Shown here: one piece after another, positions 43,330 to 53,534 of the stretch
Layout of the letters: each line of letters begins with the position of its first letter
Numbering within the stretch: the first letter of the stretch is position 1
Virus record (IMG/VR): IMGVR_UViG_3300035696_002894
Location: 1,283-65,282 of that record
Source: a virus
Taxonomy: Duplodnaviria; Caudoviricetes
DNA length: 64,000 nucleotides
Strand: one strand, 5' to 3'
The notes under the pieces: model-generated
Told to the model about the DNA's origin: nothing
The model's input: the letters and a program-made list of their open reading frames with translations, nothing else
Database searches by the model: none
Position numbers and translations under genes: made by a program

Positions 43330-44877
43330 TCAAAAGGGGATTTCATCTGCGCCGAAGTCGCCGAACCCGACGTCATCCTCTGGCGACTCTCCCATGCCTG
43401 CGGGTGATTCCACAGCAACAGGCGGCGCGGACGCGCGAGGCACCTGCGCAGGTGCAACTACCTGACGATGCATCGTCGGTACCGGCGCTGCTACCGGAGC
43501 CGGCTTGTTCAACTCGCTCCGGCGCCGAAGCAGAGGGAGTGGCTTCGGCGCCGGAGCTGCCTCGACCTCATACTGCATTCCGCAATGCGCGCATACGGTA
43601 TCGGTCGCCTTGATGGGCTGACCACACGTATCGCAACCGAACATCTCTGGCTCGGGCACGCGCAGCGGAGGCGCTGCTAGTGCCTGCCTCGGTGGAGGTA
43701 GGGGTTGCGACGTGTGCATCGGAGGCGCAGCTAGTGCCTGCCTCGGTGGAGGTAGGGGTTGCGACGTGTGCAGCGGAGGCGCTGCTAGTGCCTGCCTCGG
43801 TGGAGGTAGGGGTTGCGACGTGTGCAGCGAAGACGCAACTGGCTGTGGACGCGGGGGAACACGAAACGATGCCGGTTGCGATGCTCGCAACGGAGCCGGC
43901 GACGGCACCTGTTCCTCTTGCATCGCAGACAACTGCGCTTCTGCGTCGGGCGTGAAGAACGTATCCCACGGCAACTCGATCTGCGCTGCTCGTTCAAGCT
44001 GCGCTCTGAGCGTCGCGGGCTGGTAGTTGCCCGCAAGCATGCTGATGTCCGGCGCGTCGGTCTCACTGATGAGCCCGTTGACGACGGCATCGAGCGGAAT
44101 ATCGACCCGATAGGCGTCGTACTTCCGATCGGGAGACTCGTTCTCCTTGTACTCGAGGCAAAACGGATACGGGTTCTTCACCGGGTCGCCGAGCCCGGGA
44201 TTGCGCAGACTGCGTTTCATCTCCTTCTGAATCGCGAGCTTCACCTTGTCCCCCGCAGCCTGACCCTCCTTCATGACCTGGACACCCTTCGCCGGCTGAT
44301 CCGCGTCGACGAGGCAAAGGATGTATTTCAGTCCCGCCTGGCAGTTCTCCTTCCACCCAAACTTCGGGCTGATGCCGGCGTCGTACATCTCCTGCTTCTG
44401 CACGTCCGCAAGCCGATCCGGCTTGTAGCCGTTCCACATACCCGCCGCTCGCACAACGACGCGCGTGTTCGGATCTCCAGCATCGAAGTCGAAGATCGGC
44501 TGTAGCCAGTGAATCCGACCTGCGAGAACCAGCCCGTGGACGTACTCGACGAGCAAGCAAATTGGGCAAAGATGCGGGGGGTTCTTCCGTGCACCCGTCT
44601 CCCGATCGCGCCGGTATTGCTCCTTCAACACGTCGTCGTCTTCGAGACACCGATAGCTCCCCGAGAAAACAACTCGGTGCGGCGTGCGCGTCTCGGGATC
44701 GTCCCGAACGTCGATGCGCGGCAACCCATGTTGCCATCCCATCGCGAACGGAAGACGCCGATGCAACCAGAAGTTCAGAAACCCCTTCTTCTTCCACTCC
44801 GCACCGAGGAACTCACTCCGGCTCCTGCTGTCGTACGAGAGGAAGTCATCCACACCCATGATTCGCAGACCGCTCAT
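43330..44877 (-). CDS. putative ssDNA-binding / recombination protein with Pro-rich linker
   Basis: Acidic C-terminal tail DFGADEIPF typical of SSBs; next to recA. Confidence 0.45.
   Translation of the reverse strand: MSGLRIMGVDDFLSYDSRSRSEFLGAEWKKKGFLNFWLHRRLPFAMGWQHGLPRIDVRDDPETRTPHRVVFSGSYRCLEDDDVLKEQYRRDRETGARKNPPHLCPICLLVEYVHGLVLAGRIHWLQPIFDFDAGDPNTRVVVRAAGMWNGYKPDRLADVQKQEMYDAGISPKFGWKENCQAGLKYILCLVDADQPAKGVQVMKEGQAAGDKVKLAIQKEMKRSLRNPGLGDPVKNPYPFCLEYKENESPDRKYDAYRVDIPLDAVVNGLISETDAPDISMLAGNYQPATLRAQLERAAQIELPWDTFFTPDAEAQLSAMQEEQVPSPAPLRASQPASFRVPPRPQPVASSLHTSQPLPPPRQALAAPPLHTSQPLPPPRQALAAPPMHTSQPLPPPRQALAAPPLRVPEPEMFGCDTCGQPIKATDTVCAHCGMQYEVEAAPAPKPLPLLRRRSELNKPAPVAAPVPTMHRQVVAPAQVPRASAPPVAVESPAGMGESPEDDVGFGDFGADEIPF
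43662..43830. repeat. 54-bp tandem repeat x3 encoding LHTSQPLPPPRQALAAPP-type units
   Basis: Units begin at 43662, 43716 and 43770. Confidence 0.9.
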
Positions 44878-44917
44878 TCGTCGTGTCCTTTCGTGCTGCT
44901 CCTGATGAACGATGCCG

Positions 44918-44937
44918 CCTTGAGGTCGACCTCAAGG
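44918..44937. repeat. 20-bp palindrome, perfect
   Basis: 1 nt after a stop codon. Confidence 0.97.
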
Positions 44938-44938
44938 A

Positions 44939-46237
44939 TCACTTGCGCACCGACGAGAGCATCGTGTTGAGACTCCGCACCTTCTGACTCCAGAGCTCGC
45001 TAAAGCGCTCACAGCGCTCCACCGTGATCTTCGAGCGCTCGAGCCGCAGCTTTCCACCTCTCCACTCATCAGGGAACAACTCGGCGATCTTCGATTCGAC
45101 ATCGAGGTTCGTGATCATCTTGCGCCGCGCTGCTGGCTTCTTCTCCTTCTTCCCCTTCGTCTCTTTCGTCGGCTCCTCTTCCGTCGGCTCCTCTTCTGGT
45201 TGTGCCATTTCGAGCGCCTCGCGCGCCTGCTTCCAAAGCGACGCATCGACCTCTGCCTGGTCGAGCTTCAGCCTCTCATGCTCTAGCCGCGCAGCAGCCC
45301 ATATTCCGTGCGCACGAAGCGCTCGCCTCTCCGCTTTATCGAGCGCCTCGTACACGGTCGCGTAATCGCGCCTGTTGTCACCGACCTCAAGAAGCTGCTC
45401 GAGCTCCTCATACTCGCGGTCGATGTTCATCTTCCGAAGCACATTGCAGACAAGCTTGTTGTAGTCGACGCTCTCGCTCACGACCACGCCGAGATCTGAG
45501 GAAGACTCGCGCGGTGAAGGAACGCGCTTCTTCCACTCGTCGCTAGGAAGAGCGTGCAGTGGATTCTCCGGCACCGTCGCGTCCATCAACGCATCGACCT
45601 GCGGAACTACTTCCTGAACAACCTGAGCGAACCCCTGCTGCACCTGCGCAATACTCGCGCGCATACCCTCTACCAACTGCTTCGCTACCGGCGACTTGTC
45701 CAGGCTCAACACTACCTGCGGCGGAGGAAGATACTCGCTCAAGAACTCGGGCATGCTCGACGACGTTGCGCCTTGCTCTACCCACGCGATCGCTACGTCC
45801 CGCTGCATCTGCGAAAAGCCTTCAACGTTCGCCATCGTCACGTGCAGACCCCCTTCGACGAAGAGCCTCTCCTGCAACGCCTTCGCGTCCGGCCCTTGTC
45901 TCTTGATCGACAGCCGGTACGGCAACAAGCACTCAGGCAACGACTGAACAGGCGAGGCGGCTGCGTCCAAACCCAACCGCCATGCGCGCACCTTCTCCCG
46001 CTGCTCGGGTCCCCACGCGGCTGCGACGAGAAGGCTCACGTCGATACCCACCTCCTTCAAGCTGGCAACGAACTCGCTGATGTTCTCCATCGCGGGCGCT
46101 GTACGCGTCGGTGCATGCGGCTCAAACTCCTCGAACGATTCTTGCGGCTTGTCGCCGATGTTCGCCGACACTCCGACCTGCGTCTGACCTTTTGCCTTGC
46201 CTATCTCGCTGCGCTTCCTCAACGGGGGGTTGTTCAT
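44939..46237 (-). CDS. hypothetical protein with C-terminal coiled coil
   Basis: 432 aa, leaderless-type start. Confidence 0.55.
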   Translation of the reverse strand: MNNPPLRKRSEIGKAKGQTQVGVSANIGDKPQESFEEFEPHAPTRTAPAMENISEFVASLKEVGIDVSLLVAAAWGPEQREKVRAWRLGLDAAASPVQSLPECLLPYRLSIKRQGPDAKALQERLFVEGGLHVTMANVEGFSQMQRDVAIAWVEQGATSSSMPEFLSEYLPPPQVVLSLDKSPVAKQLVEGMRASIAQVQQGFAQVVQEVVPQVDALMDATVPENPLHALPSDEWKKRVPSPRESSSDLGVVVSESVDYNKLVCNVLRKMNIDREYEELEQLLEVGDNRRDYATVYEALDKAERRALRAHGIWAAARLEHERLKLDQAEVDASLWKQAREALEMAQPEEEPTEEEPTKETKGKKEKKPAARRKMITNLDVESKIAELFPDEWRGGKLRLERSKITVERCERFSELWSQKVRSLNTMLSSVRK

Positions 46238-46253
46238 ACGCGAGATGATGCCG

Positions 46254-46273
46254 CCTTGAGGTCGACCTCAAGG
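46254..46273. repeat. 20-bp palindrome, perfect
   Basis: Contains the polymerase stop codon; 3 nt from CATCAT. Confidence 0.97.
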
Positions 46274-48670
46274 TTCACCGAAAAGGCTCCCCGTCTTCGA
46301 CTTCGCCTTCCTCGGCGCACGCTTGACCGCCTGCGCATCGTCCGCGAACAACTCGCGCACAACCTTCGTTCCTGGTGCGTCGAAACGCGCCCAGTCCTCG
46401 GCTGGAAACGCGCTCTCCAGTAGCCGGCGCGTCGGTGCCCAAACCACGTCGTCCCAGAGATACCTTCGGTCACAACTCCCGGCGTAGTCACATGCTGGGA
46501 TCACACCTTGCGGCTTCGCCTTCCCGTCAGAGACCACATACGCAATCTTCGAGCCCATGCCGACGTAGACGCCTCTCGCCGACAGCATCTGCGCAACCCG
46601 CACGTGCGGAGGCTGAGCAACGTCGTTCCCCTTCGTGCTCTTGCGCCGCGAGTAGTGCTTCAGCTCCTGCGAAAGCCCTTTGACGATCTGCACCTCCTCG
46701 ACCGCAAGCTCCCCCTCGAGCACACGCACACGCCAGCGCGTTGCCATCTCCGCGTACAACGCTACATCCTCACTCGGCCCAGGCGTCTTCGAGACACCCA
46801 TTCCCCCCATCAACAAATCGATCGCCTCTGCCATCAGCTCGCGCGCGAGCTTCGCCGCGTCCCCACGCTTGTACGCGAGCCCCTTGATCTCGGGCTTCGA
46901 ACCCGCAACCGCAGCCGTGCCCTTATAATGCGCGAAGCGGCCCGAGTACAATTTTGCACCGCAGAATACCAAACGCTCGAACTCCTTCTCATAGGCGAGC
47001 TTCACGATGTTCTTCTCGCAGCCGCAGTCCTTGAGCAGGCGCGGGTAGACCTCGCTGTTCAACCACACAACTGCCTCTTCTGCGGTCTTTCTGTCGATGC
47101 CTTGGAGCCAAAGCCCATCGGTGTCGACATAGATCACGCGCACCTCCGGGTACCGCTCGACAATCGCCCACTCCGTTTTCTCCGCGAGCCATGCTCCTGT
47201 TTGCGAAACCGACTCCGCGACCCGCTTGTCGTGGAACCTACACCCAGCGTTTCCCTGTCCTCCGTAGAAGCTGTTCGGGACGACCTTGAAGCCGGTCGTC
47301 CAGCGCTCAGCATCGTGTGCCTCCGGCGTTCCGGGCGGAAGCGAAGCTCGGAGCACGCTCCAGCGCTTACGCTCTGCGAGCATATGCTCGATCGCCTCTG
47401 GCACGATGCCGAGCACGTCAGTCCGGAAACAGATGCCCGTCTTCGGCGCGCGACACAACCCTACCGGCACCGGGCCATTGCACGGACCCGGAGTACGCGT
47501 CTCGTAGGACATGTTCCACGAGACCATGATGCTCGGATACATCGACGAGAAGTCAACGACATGCACGCCCTTCAAGATGCCTGCCTTCGTAGGCGGCGCC
47601 TTGTTGTAGCTCCCCTTGTACTGCTCCCCCGGGTGCTCCTCTGCGCTCCGGCGCACACTTGGAAAGTGCACGCCGCGCTTGTGTCCGATCCGCAGCAAAC
47701 AGGCATCCATCTGCGCGGTCGGCAGAAGCGCGTAGCTGTCCGAGAAGAGCCCGCAGATCTCCGCAACCGTCTGGTGCAAACGCAGGTAGCCCGTCTTCGC
47801 CTCAATGCGTCGCATCAGGTCTGTGTCCCGATAGCAATACCGCACGAGCCGCTCTCGCTCGTCACCTCCCGCCGCCCACGCATCGTAGGTGCGCCGCGCG
47901 TCGAACTCGTCCTTGCCCTCTCCGAGCTGCGCATGCGCGACCGCGTTCAGCGCGTAGCTCTGCTTCTCCTCTCCCGACTCCGAGACCTGCGCATTGAGAC
48001 GCTTGTAGAGCGCCATGTGATCCATCCGCAACCACCGGCGCGGAATGCCTCCCCCGATCTTCCGATCGCGCGTACGCATGGCGAGGATCGGAAAGTCGAA
48101 GTCGTCACCGTTCCACGCGCAGATCTGGTCGAATGGTTCAAGCGCAAGATAGAGCTGCTTCAGAAGCACGCGCTCGGCATGCTCGGTATCGTCCTCGAGC
48201 ACACCCTCAGCATGGTTTCCCTCGTCATCGACGAGGCTCCAGCAAAGAATGCGAGCACCATCCTTCTTCGCAACCCCAAGCGGCACGCGGCTGTCCGTCT
48301 CAAGATCGAGATACGCTCGGCGCGGTCGCTGGATCTGCACCTCCGGATGATCGGCCATCCAACGCTTCGCGGGCGAGCAGTCGCCCTCGTACGTCGCGAT
48401 GCCTTCCTCGTGCATGTCGTGCACAACCACGCGCCGCGCGTTCCAATCACGCCATCGTGTTCTCCACCATTCGCCCTCGGGCACATAGCCCGTGCAAAAC
48501 TGGTCCTTGCGCCATGCACGCGCGCGCTCCGGCGTCACATCCAATCGCGCGAAGTAGACGACGAACTCGGCGCGCACACGGTGTCGCTTCAGCTCTCCAT
48601 CGGGCGCTCGGTGCAAAAGCATCACATGCGCCTCATCGCCTTCCAGATACGCATTGACCAGCGCACTCAT
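46268..48670 (-). CDS. family B DNA polymerase with 3'-5' exonuclease
   Basis: DLET, WNGDDFD, YCYRD; DFSSMYPSIM, KVVPNSFYG, YVDTDG. Confidence 0.92.
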   Translation of the reverse strand: MSALVNAYLEGDEAHVMLLHRAPDGELKRHRVRAEFVVYFARLDVTPERARAWRKDQFCTGYVPEGEWWRTRWRDWNARRVVVHDMHEEGIATYEGDCSPAKRWMADHPEVQIQRPRRAYLDLETDSRVPLGVAKKDGARILCWSLVDDEGNHAEGVLEDDTEHAERVLLKQLYLALEPFDQICAWNGDDFDFPILAMRTRDRKIGGGIPRRWLRMDHMALYKRLNAQVSESGEEKQSYALNAVAHAQLGEGKDEFDARRTYDAWAAGGDERERLVRYCYRDTDLMRRIEAKTGYLRLHQTVAEICGLFSDSYALLPTAQMDACLLRIGHKRGVHFPSVRRSAEEHPGEQYKGSYNKAPPTKAGILKGVHVVDFSSMYPSIMVSWNMSYETRTPGPCNGPVPVGLCRAPKTGICFRTDVLGIVPEAIEHMLAERKRWSVLRASLPPGTPEAHDAERWTTGFKVVPNSFYGGQGNAGCRFHDKRVAESVSQTGAWLAEKTEWAIVERYPEVRVIYVDTDGLWLQGIDRKTAEEAVVWLNSEVYPRLLKDCGCEKNIVKLAYEKEFERLVFCGAKLYSGRFAHYKGTAAVAGSKPEIKGLAYKRGDAAKLARELMAEAIDLLMGGMGVSKTPGPSEDVALYAEMATRWRVRVLEGELAVEEVQIVKGLSQELKHYSRRKSTKGNDVAQPPHVRVAQMLSARGVYVGMGSKIAYVVSDGKAKPQGVIPACDYAGSCDRRYLWDDVVWAPTRRLLESAFPAEDWARFDAPGTKVVRELFADDAQAVKRAPRKAKSKTGSLFGEP

Positions 48671-48738
48671 CTCCACACCTCCAGCACACCCCAAGGATGC
48701 CGCACCCCAGGCAGCTCCCGGCAAATTTGCCGGAAGCT

Positions 48739-48758
48739 CCTTGAGGTCGACCTCAAGG
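48739..48758. repeat. 20-bp palindrome, perfect
   Basis: Contains the second methyltransferase stop codon. Confidence 0.97.
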
Positions 48759-49574
48759 ATCGCCGAAAAGCGGTTCCTGCCTCGCTTCTCGCGCCTCGCG
48801 AGTCGTTACGCACGCTGCGTCCGCGAGCCTGGCGCGTCCGATCGCCGCAACCTTCGCGTCCTTCTCGATCCCAACGTAGCGACGAGCGAGCGTGAGCGCC
48901 GCAACACCGAGCGTCGCAACGCCCGCAAACGGATCGAGAATGATGTCGCCCCTGTCCGTAAACAACTCGACGAGCTCGAGCATCAGCGAAAGCGGCTTCT
49001 CGGTCGCATGGCTCCGCACCAACTTGCCCCGGTTGATCACGACCGCATGCGACCAGACGCCCGCATGCCCTCCACCATTCCAGTGCTTCCGCCCCGGCTT
49101 CCGATGACAGATGACGACCTCATCGTGCCCAGCCGCGGGCCGGTCGCCGGAGAACTGCGGCGCTGGGTTCAGCCTCACCCACGCGCCGGTCCTGGCATAA
49201 CTCAGCCCGGCGTCGACGAGACTCCTGCGCCAGCGCCAGGCACTCTCTGGATCCGAGAAGACCAAACTCCAACGAGAGACCAGGCGTGCTGCCTCCAGGG
49301 CGACGATTCTGCGCGTCGCCCTGGATAGAGGTGCAAACCCCACGTCGACCACCCGACAAACTCTGCTACGGGCATCCTCGCGCCATGCCGAGCCAGCCTT
49401 CTGGCCGCTCCGCACGTTCACCTGTACCCGCCTGCCATACGGCGGATCGGTGATCATGTGATCGACTCTGCCCGCGAGCTTCGGAAGCACATGCCGCGCA
49501 TCTCCATGGACGAGCGCCCAGCGCCGTTCTCGCGCAAGAACACGCGCGGCAGCAACAAGCTCCGCGGCGCTCAC
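48753..49574 (-). CDS. second DNA methyltransferase (N6-A/N4-C)
   Basis: ITDPPY, HATEKP, LDPFAG; GTGA coupling to the upstream gene. Confidence 0.85.
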   Translation of the reverse strand: MSAAELVAAARVLARERRWALVHGDARHVLPKLAGRVDHMITDPPYGRRVQVNVRSGQKAGSAWREDARSRVCRVVDVGFAPLSRATRRIVALEAARLVSRWSLVFSDPESAWRWRRSLVDAGLSYARTGAWVRLNPAPQFSGDRPAAGHDEVVICHRKPGRKHWNGGGHAGVWSHAVVINRGKLVRSHATEKPLSLMLELVELFTDRGDIILDPFAGVATLGVAALTLARRYVGIEKDAKVAAIGRARLADAACVTTREAREARQEPLFGDP

Positions 49575-50701
49575 ACCCCGGTCCGCCGCGCCTCGTAGCT
49601 GATCTTCCAACCCTTGCCATCCGGCATCTTCAGAACGCTGAGCAAAATCTGCACTCCATTCTGCGCGTCGATCCATCCGTAATTGTCGCTCAGCTGAGTC
49701 GTGCGCACCGGCTTCTCCTCGACGTTCTTGGTCCGCCGATAAAGCCATATCTGACCCTTCGGCTTCGCCAGGACGATCGTCGTCAGGCCGTCCGCCTTCT
49801 CTTCAGCCTTCTCATGCGACTTTGCCTTCTCGAGCTGCTTCGCCTTCAGCGTCTCCTTGCCCTTGCGCTGCGCCTCTCCTCGTCCCGCCGCGATGTTCAG
49901 CTCACGAACCTTCTCACGGAGCTGACGCACCGGCGTCGTTCCTGCAGCAGCAAGAAGCTTCTCACGCGCCTTCGGGGGTGCGTTCAGCACGATCTCGAGT
50001 TTTGCCATTCCGGTCAGCGCAAGCTGCTCACGCTGGTACGTCTTCGCCGCGTACATCAACCCATCCGCCATGCGCGCAGAGAACCCAACCTCGGCCCGAA
50101 GGAACGCCTTGAACGTCGTATAGCTAGGCGCCTTGCCATCCTCATCCATCCGCAAACGCCAGAGCGCAGGATTCTCGCTCGACTCCTCGGCGATACGATT
50201 CAACTCGTTGCCAATATCCCAGCAGTTCTCGCTGAACGTGCGCTTGTAGCGCTGAATATTTCCGACCGCGACTTCTAGCTCGTTCTCCGTCGCTATCGGC
50301 CGCAGCTTCTCGACACGCACAATCGGACGCGTAAACACGTTCTGCCCCGCCGGAACAATCAGCCCCTTCTCCTCAACCCTAGCTGCCGCGAGCGAGCTAT
50401 CCGCCTCACTATCGCTCCCTCCCCCGATCGCGCTCGACGAAGGCGCACCATTGAGCTCCCCGCAAAACGGACACGCATCGAACGCGGCAGGTCCGACCGC
50501 TCGACACCTATCGCACTGCGCCATCTCTACCCGCTGCTCTCGGAGCTGCTTCTCGTAGTGCGCATTCAACTGCTGCGCGAGCTCCGCAATGCTCCCCTTC
50601 GCCGCGGGTGCAATCTTCGCTGTCCGAAGATTCACCCTGATGCGGGCTGCGTTACACCGCTCAAGATCAATCCCCTGCTTTTCACTATCTACACTTATCA
50701 T
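49571..50701 (-). CDS. hypothetical protein (Zn ribbon plus DUF3102-like helical region)
   Basis: CDRC...CPFCG; WDIGNELNRI...FKAFL. Confidence 0.5.
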   Translation of the reverse strand: MISVDSEKQGIDLERCNAARIRVNLRTAKIAPAAKGSIAELAQQLNAHYEKQLREQRVEMAQCDRCRAVGPAAFDACPFCGELNGAPSSSAIGGGSDSEADSSLAAARVEEKGLIVPAGQNVFTRPIVRVEKLRPIATENELEVAVGNIQRYKRTFSENCWDIGNELNRIAEESSENPALWRLRMDEDGKAPSYTTFKAFLRAEVGFSARMADGLMYAAKTYQREQLALTGMAKLEIVLNAPPKAREKLLAAAGTTPVRQLREKVRELNIAAGRGEAQRKGKETLKAKQLEKAKSHEKAEEKADGLTTIVLAKPKGQIWLYRRTKNVEEKPVRTTQLSDNYGWIDAQNGVQILLSVLKMPDGKGWKISYEARRTGV

Positions 50702-51357
50702 AACACTCCTCCGTTCTCGCAGCCCAACAACACGCGCCTCGCGCGCCAAACCTCGTCCTTAATGATCGTCCTCGCGCTCTTCGGCGTCAGGCTGAAAAGC
50801 CGCTTGTCCAAAGGGTTCGCGATCCACGCGCGTACAGCAACGTCGACGTCTCCCCCCGCCGCGATGAGCGCGTGCAACGCGGCGCGCCCGGCAAACGTCT
50901 GCGCAACCTCAGGGAGAAGCCGAAGCATCTCGCCGTAATCGTGCGCATCCTCTACTAGAGGTCGCTCGTCAGCGTAGCTCTCCAGCAACTGCGCACTCGA
51001 ATTGCCCTCTTTCATGAGCGCACTCACACACCACGCATACTGGCCCGGCCCTTTGCGAGTGTGCTTGTTGCACTGGCGCTGCATGTGAATCCAACGCGTC
51101 GCCTTGTTGTGCGCGCACCAGCAGACGTACCCGCCTAACGGCATGCCGCCAGCCTTCCACCGACCGAGCGCAATCCATGCGCCAAGCAAAAGCTCTTGCT
51201 CGACGTCGTCGACCGTGACAGTGGGGGGCAGCTTCCAATCGCGAAAAAGCGCAACGGCCATGCGGTGCCAGTCCGCGCGCGTCCGCTGATAGAAACTCCT
51301 GAACGTGATCTGTTTCGTCCGGAGCGCATGCAGCTCCGTCGACAAGTTCGACGCCAT
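50698..51357 (-). CDS. sigma70/ECF-like factor
   Basis: Region 2-like DDVEQELLLGAWIALGRW...LGGY; divergent C-terminus. Confidence 0.5.
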   Translation of the reverse strand: MASNLSTELHALRTKQITFRSFYQRTRADWHRMAVALFRDWKLPPTVTVDDVEQELLLGAWIALGRWKAGGMPLGGYVCWCAHNKATRWIHMQRQCNKHTRKGPGQYAWCVSALMKEGNSSAQLLESYADERPLVEDAHDYGEMLRLLPEVAQTFAGRAALHALIAAGGDVDVAVRAWIANPLDKRLFSLTPKSARTIIKDEVWRARRVLLGCENGGVL

Positions 51358-51384
51358 CGTACTGATCTCCTCGGGATAAGCCTC

Positions 51385-51867
51385 TTACGCCCTACCATCG
51401 CGGCTGGGAACTACCTTCGCATGCGCGATCCGCGGCGCCTTATAAAGGGGGTGCGCGATATAGTTCTGAACAGCACAACGGAGCTGAAAGAGGTCGTCGA
51501 CGACACTCGGCGCATCCGCCTTCTGTAACCCCGCCGCGAACCGCACGGCACACACGACCACAGCACGCTCGAGCTCTTCGAACGCCTGCAGCTCCATCGC
51601 GCGCTCGACACCGGGCGACAGCGCGTGGGAGATCGGCGCCTTCTCGATCAGCTCCGAGCTTAGGCGCACCCCCTTGTGCTGGCGCCGCACGTGCAACGAG
51701 AAATGCGTTCCGATGCTCGGCGCGTTGCGCAGCGCCTCGTACTCGGACGCCGGAACGCCGGCATACTCGTACTCCCCCCCATTGCTGAACCGAATCCGCA
51801 GCACCCGGCGCTCTGCGTCGTAGCCGACATGAGAAATGTTGCTGCTCTGCACTGGTTCCATCAGCAT
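51385..51867 (-). CDS. KTSC domain protein
   Basis: PVQSSNISHVGYD...LRIRFSNGGEYEYAGVP...SIG. Confidence 0.85.
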   Translation of the reverse strand: MLMEPVQSSNISHVGYDAERRVLRIRFSNGGEYEYAGVPASEYEALRNAPSIGTHFSLHVRRQHKGVRLSSELIEKAPISHALSPGVERAMELQAFEELERAVVVCAVRFAAGLQKADAPSVVDDLFQLRCAVQNYIAHPLYKAPRIAHAKVVPSRDGRA

Positions 51868-51969
51868 GTTTGCACCCTCCTTCGTCCTCACCGCACGAAT
51901 CGAACGCGCGCGCCGCTCTGCCTCTACCAGAAACACAACGATGGGTCCGCCCGCGAGGAACTCTCCAAA

Positions 51970-51989
51970 CCTTGAGGTCGACCTCAAGG
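51970..51989. repeat. 20-bp palindrome, perfect
   Basis: 3 nt after the UvrD stop codon. Confidence 0.97.
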
Positions 51990-51992
51990 TCG

Positions 51993-53534
51993 TTAACTCT
52001 GCTTTCTCGGCTGCACGAGAATCAACGACTTCCGCGCACGCGTAACGGCAACGTACTTGAGGTTCTGCTCCTCGATCGACACACCCTCCGCGCCGCGCGA
52101 CAGCAGGTATGTCCCCTCGAGCACCCACGCGCGATCGCGTTCCATCCCCTTCGCCTTGTGCGTACTCGAGAGCGTGATGCGCGTCGTCTCATCGCCATCC
52201 GCAAACAAGCGCAGGATCTTCGCAACTACAGCCGTGACGCTTGATTCACCCTCCGAAAGCACATCAACACACGCGTGAATGTCAGCGATCCCGCGCGCAT
52301 CCTTCCCGCGCTTCGTGAGCCGCGCTTCCTCTCGAGCACACCAACTCGCGACATACTCAAGCATCGTGTCGACATCGTCCGTCTTCGCCCTCCGCACGAC
52401 ACCGGCGAGCTTCGCGCCGACATCGCGCCCTTGAATGGCAGCTGGAACGTTGCAGCGGAGAAACGAGAGACACAGCTTCAGCAAAGGCGCATTGACCCGC
52501 GAAAGAATAAAATCGCCGGGCTGCGCCTTTACGAGCATCTCCCCCTCGCTCGCGCGCTCCACAGAGCCTTCCTCCGCGCCTGGCGCCGCCTCGATGTACG
52601 GCACGATCTGCTGCGCCTCCGCAACGATAGCGCGCGCACAGCGATAACTGACTGAGAGAGGGAGCACCTTCGCGCCGAGCGCCGAACGGACCTTCTCGAA
52701 CGCATCCGCAGCTGCACCGCGAAACGTATAGATGCACTGCCGCGGGTCACCCACCGCGACGATCCTTCCTTTCGGCCGAACGGCCTTCAGCACAAGCGCG
52801 ATCTGCGCGGCGTTCAGATCCTGTGTCTCATCGACGAACACACGATCGTATTGAGGGACCTGAAGATCGAGCACGTACGGCAAGAAAATCATGTCGTCGA
52901 AGTCGATCGTCGATTCGTCGTCTAGGCACGCATTGATCACCGCACGGACATCCTTGATGAAGGCGCCGCGCTCTTCCTCTCTCTCCGGCGGACAGATTCC
53001 GTGCAGATCGACAACCTCGAGCATCTCCTCGTCGCCACGCGCCAAGTGGCTCTTGCAGAGCGAAACTGCCTTCACCACCGACGTGCACCACTCGCGCTTC
53101 TCGGGATGTGCCTCTACCTCCAGGAGCTTGCGCGCGATCGTCGCGCATTTGTCCTGATCAATCACTGGGCGGTTCAACGCACGCGAGACTGCGCGTAGAC
53201 CTAACGAGTGAAGCGTCGCGATCTCGGCATCGCTCGTCTTCCCCGTGCCGCAGCACCTCCCACACATCGATCGCAGCGAGTACGAGCCTATGGGCTCGCA
53301 ATAGCCCGTTCCCCCGCAGGCCGTACAGATCAGCCGCAGCTTGAGCTCGTTCACAATCGATCGATTGAACGCGGCGAAAAGCACGCTCGCACCTTCCGGC
53401 ACGTAGCGGAGCGCTTCGAGAATTGTCGACGTTTTGCCCGACCCTGCAACGGCAGAGATCATCGTATGCCCGGTGCCCGAGGCGACATCCTCGAACACAG
53501 CGCGCTGATACTCACTCCAAATTCTCTCACCCAT
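51993..53534 (-). CDS. UvrD/Rep-like SF1 helicase
   Basis: AVAGSGKT, VDETQD, VGDPRQCIY, SYRC, THKAKG, YVAVTRA. Confidence 0.9.
   Translation of the reverse strand: MGERIWSEYQRAVFEDVASGTGHTMISAVAGSGKTSTILEALRYVPEGASVLFAAFNRSIVNELKLRLICTACGGTGYCEPIGSYSLRSMCGRCCGTGKTSDAEIATLHSLGLRAVSRALNRPVIDQDKCATIARKLLEVEAHPEKREWCTSVVKAVSLCKSHLARGDEEMLEVVDLHGICPPEREEERGAFIKDVRAVINACLDDESTIDFDDMIFLPYVLDLQVPQYDRVFVDETQDLNAAQIALVLKAVRPKGRIVAVGDPRQCIYTFRGAAADAFEKVRSALGAKVLPLSVSYRCARAIVAEAQQIVPYIEAAPGAEEGSVERASEGEMLVKAQPGDFILSRVNAPLLKLCLSFLRCNVPAAIQGRDVGAKLAGVVRRAKTDDVDTMLEYVASWCAREEARLTKRGKDARGIADIHACVDVLSEGESSVTAVVAKILRLFADGDETTRITLSSTHKAKGMERDRAWVLEGTYLLSRGAEGVSIEEQNLKYVAVTRARKSLILVQPRKQS

Noticed and set aside
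46508-48895. Long plus-strand ORFs (also 8809-10089, 29330-30454, 31496-32791, 59666-60718)
   Set aside because: They are antisense shadows of high-GC minus-strand genes, with no recognisable motifs.
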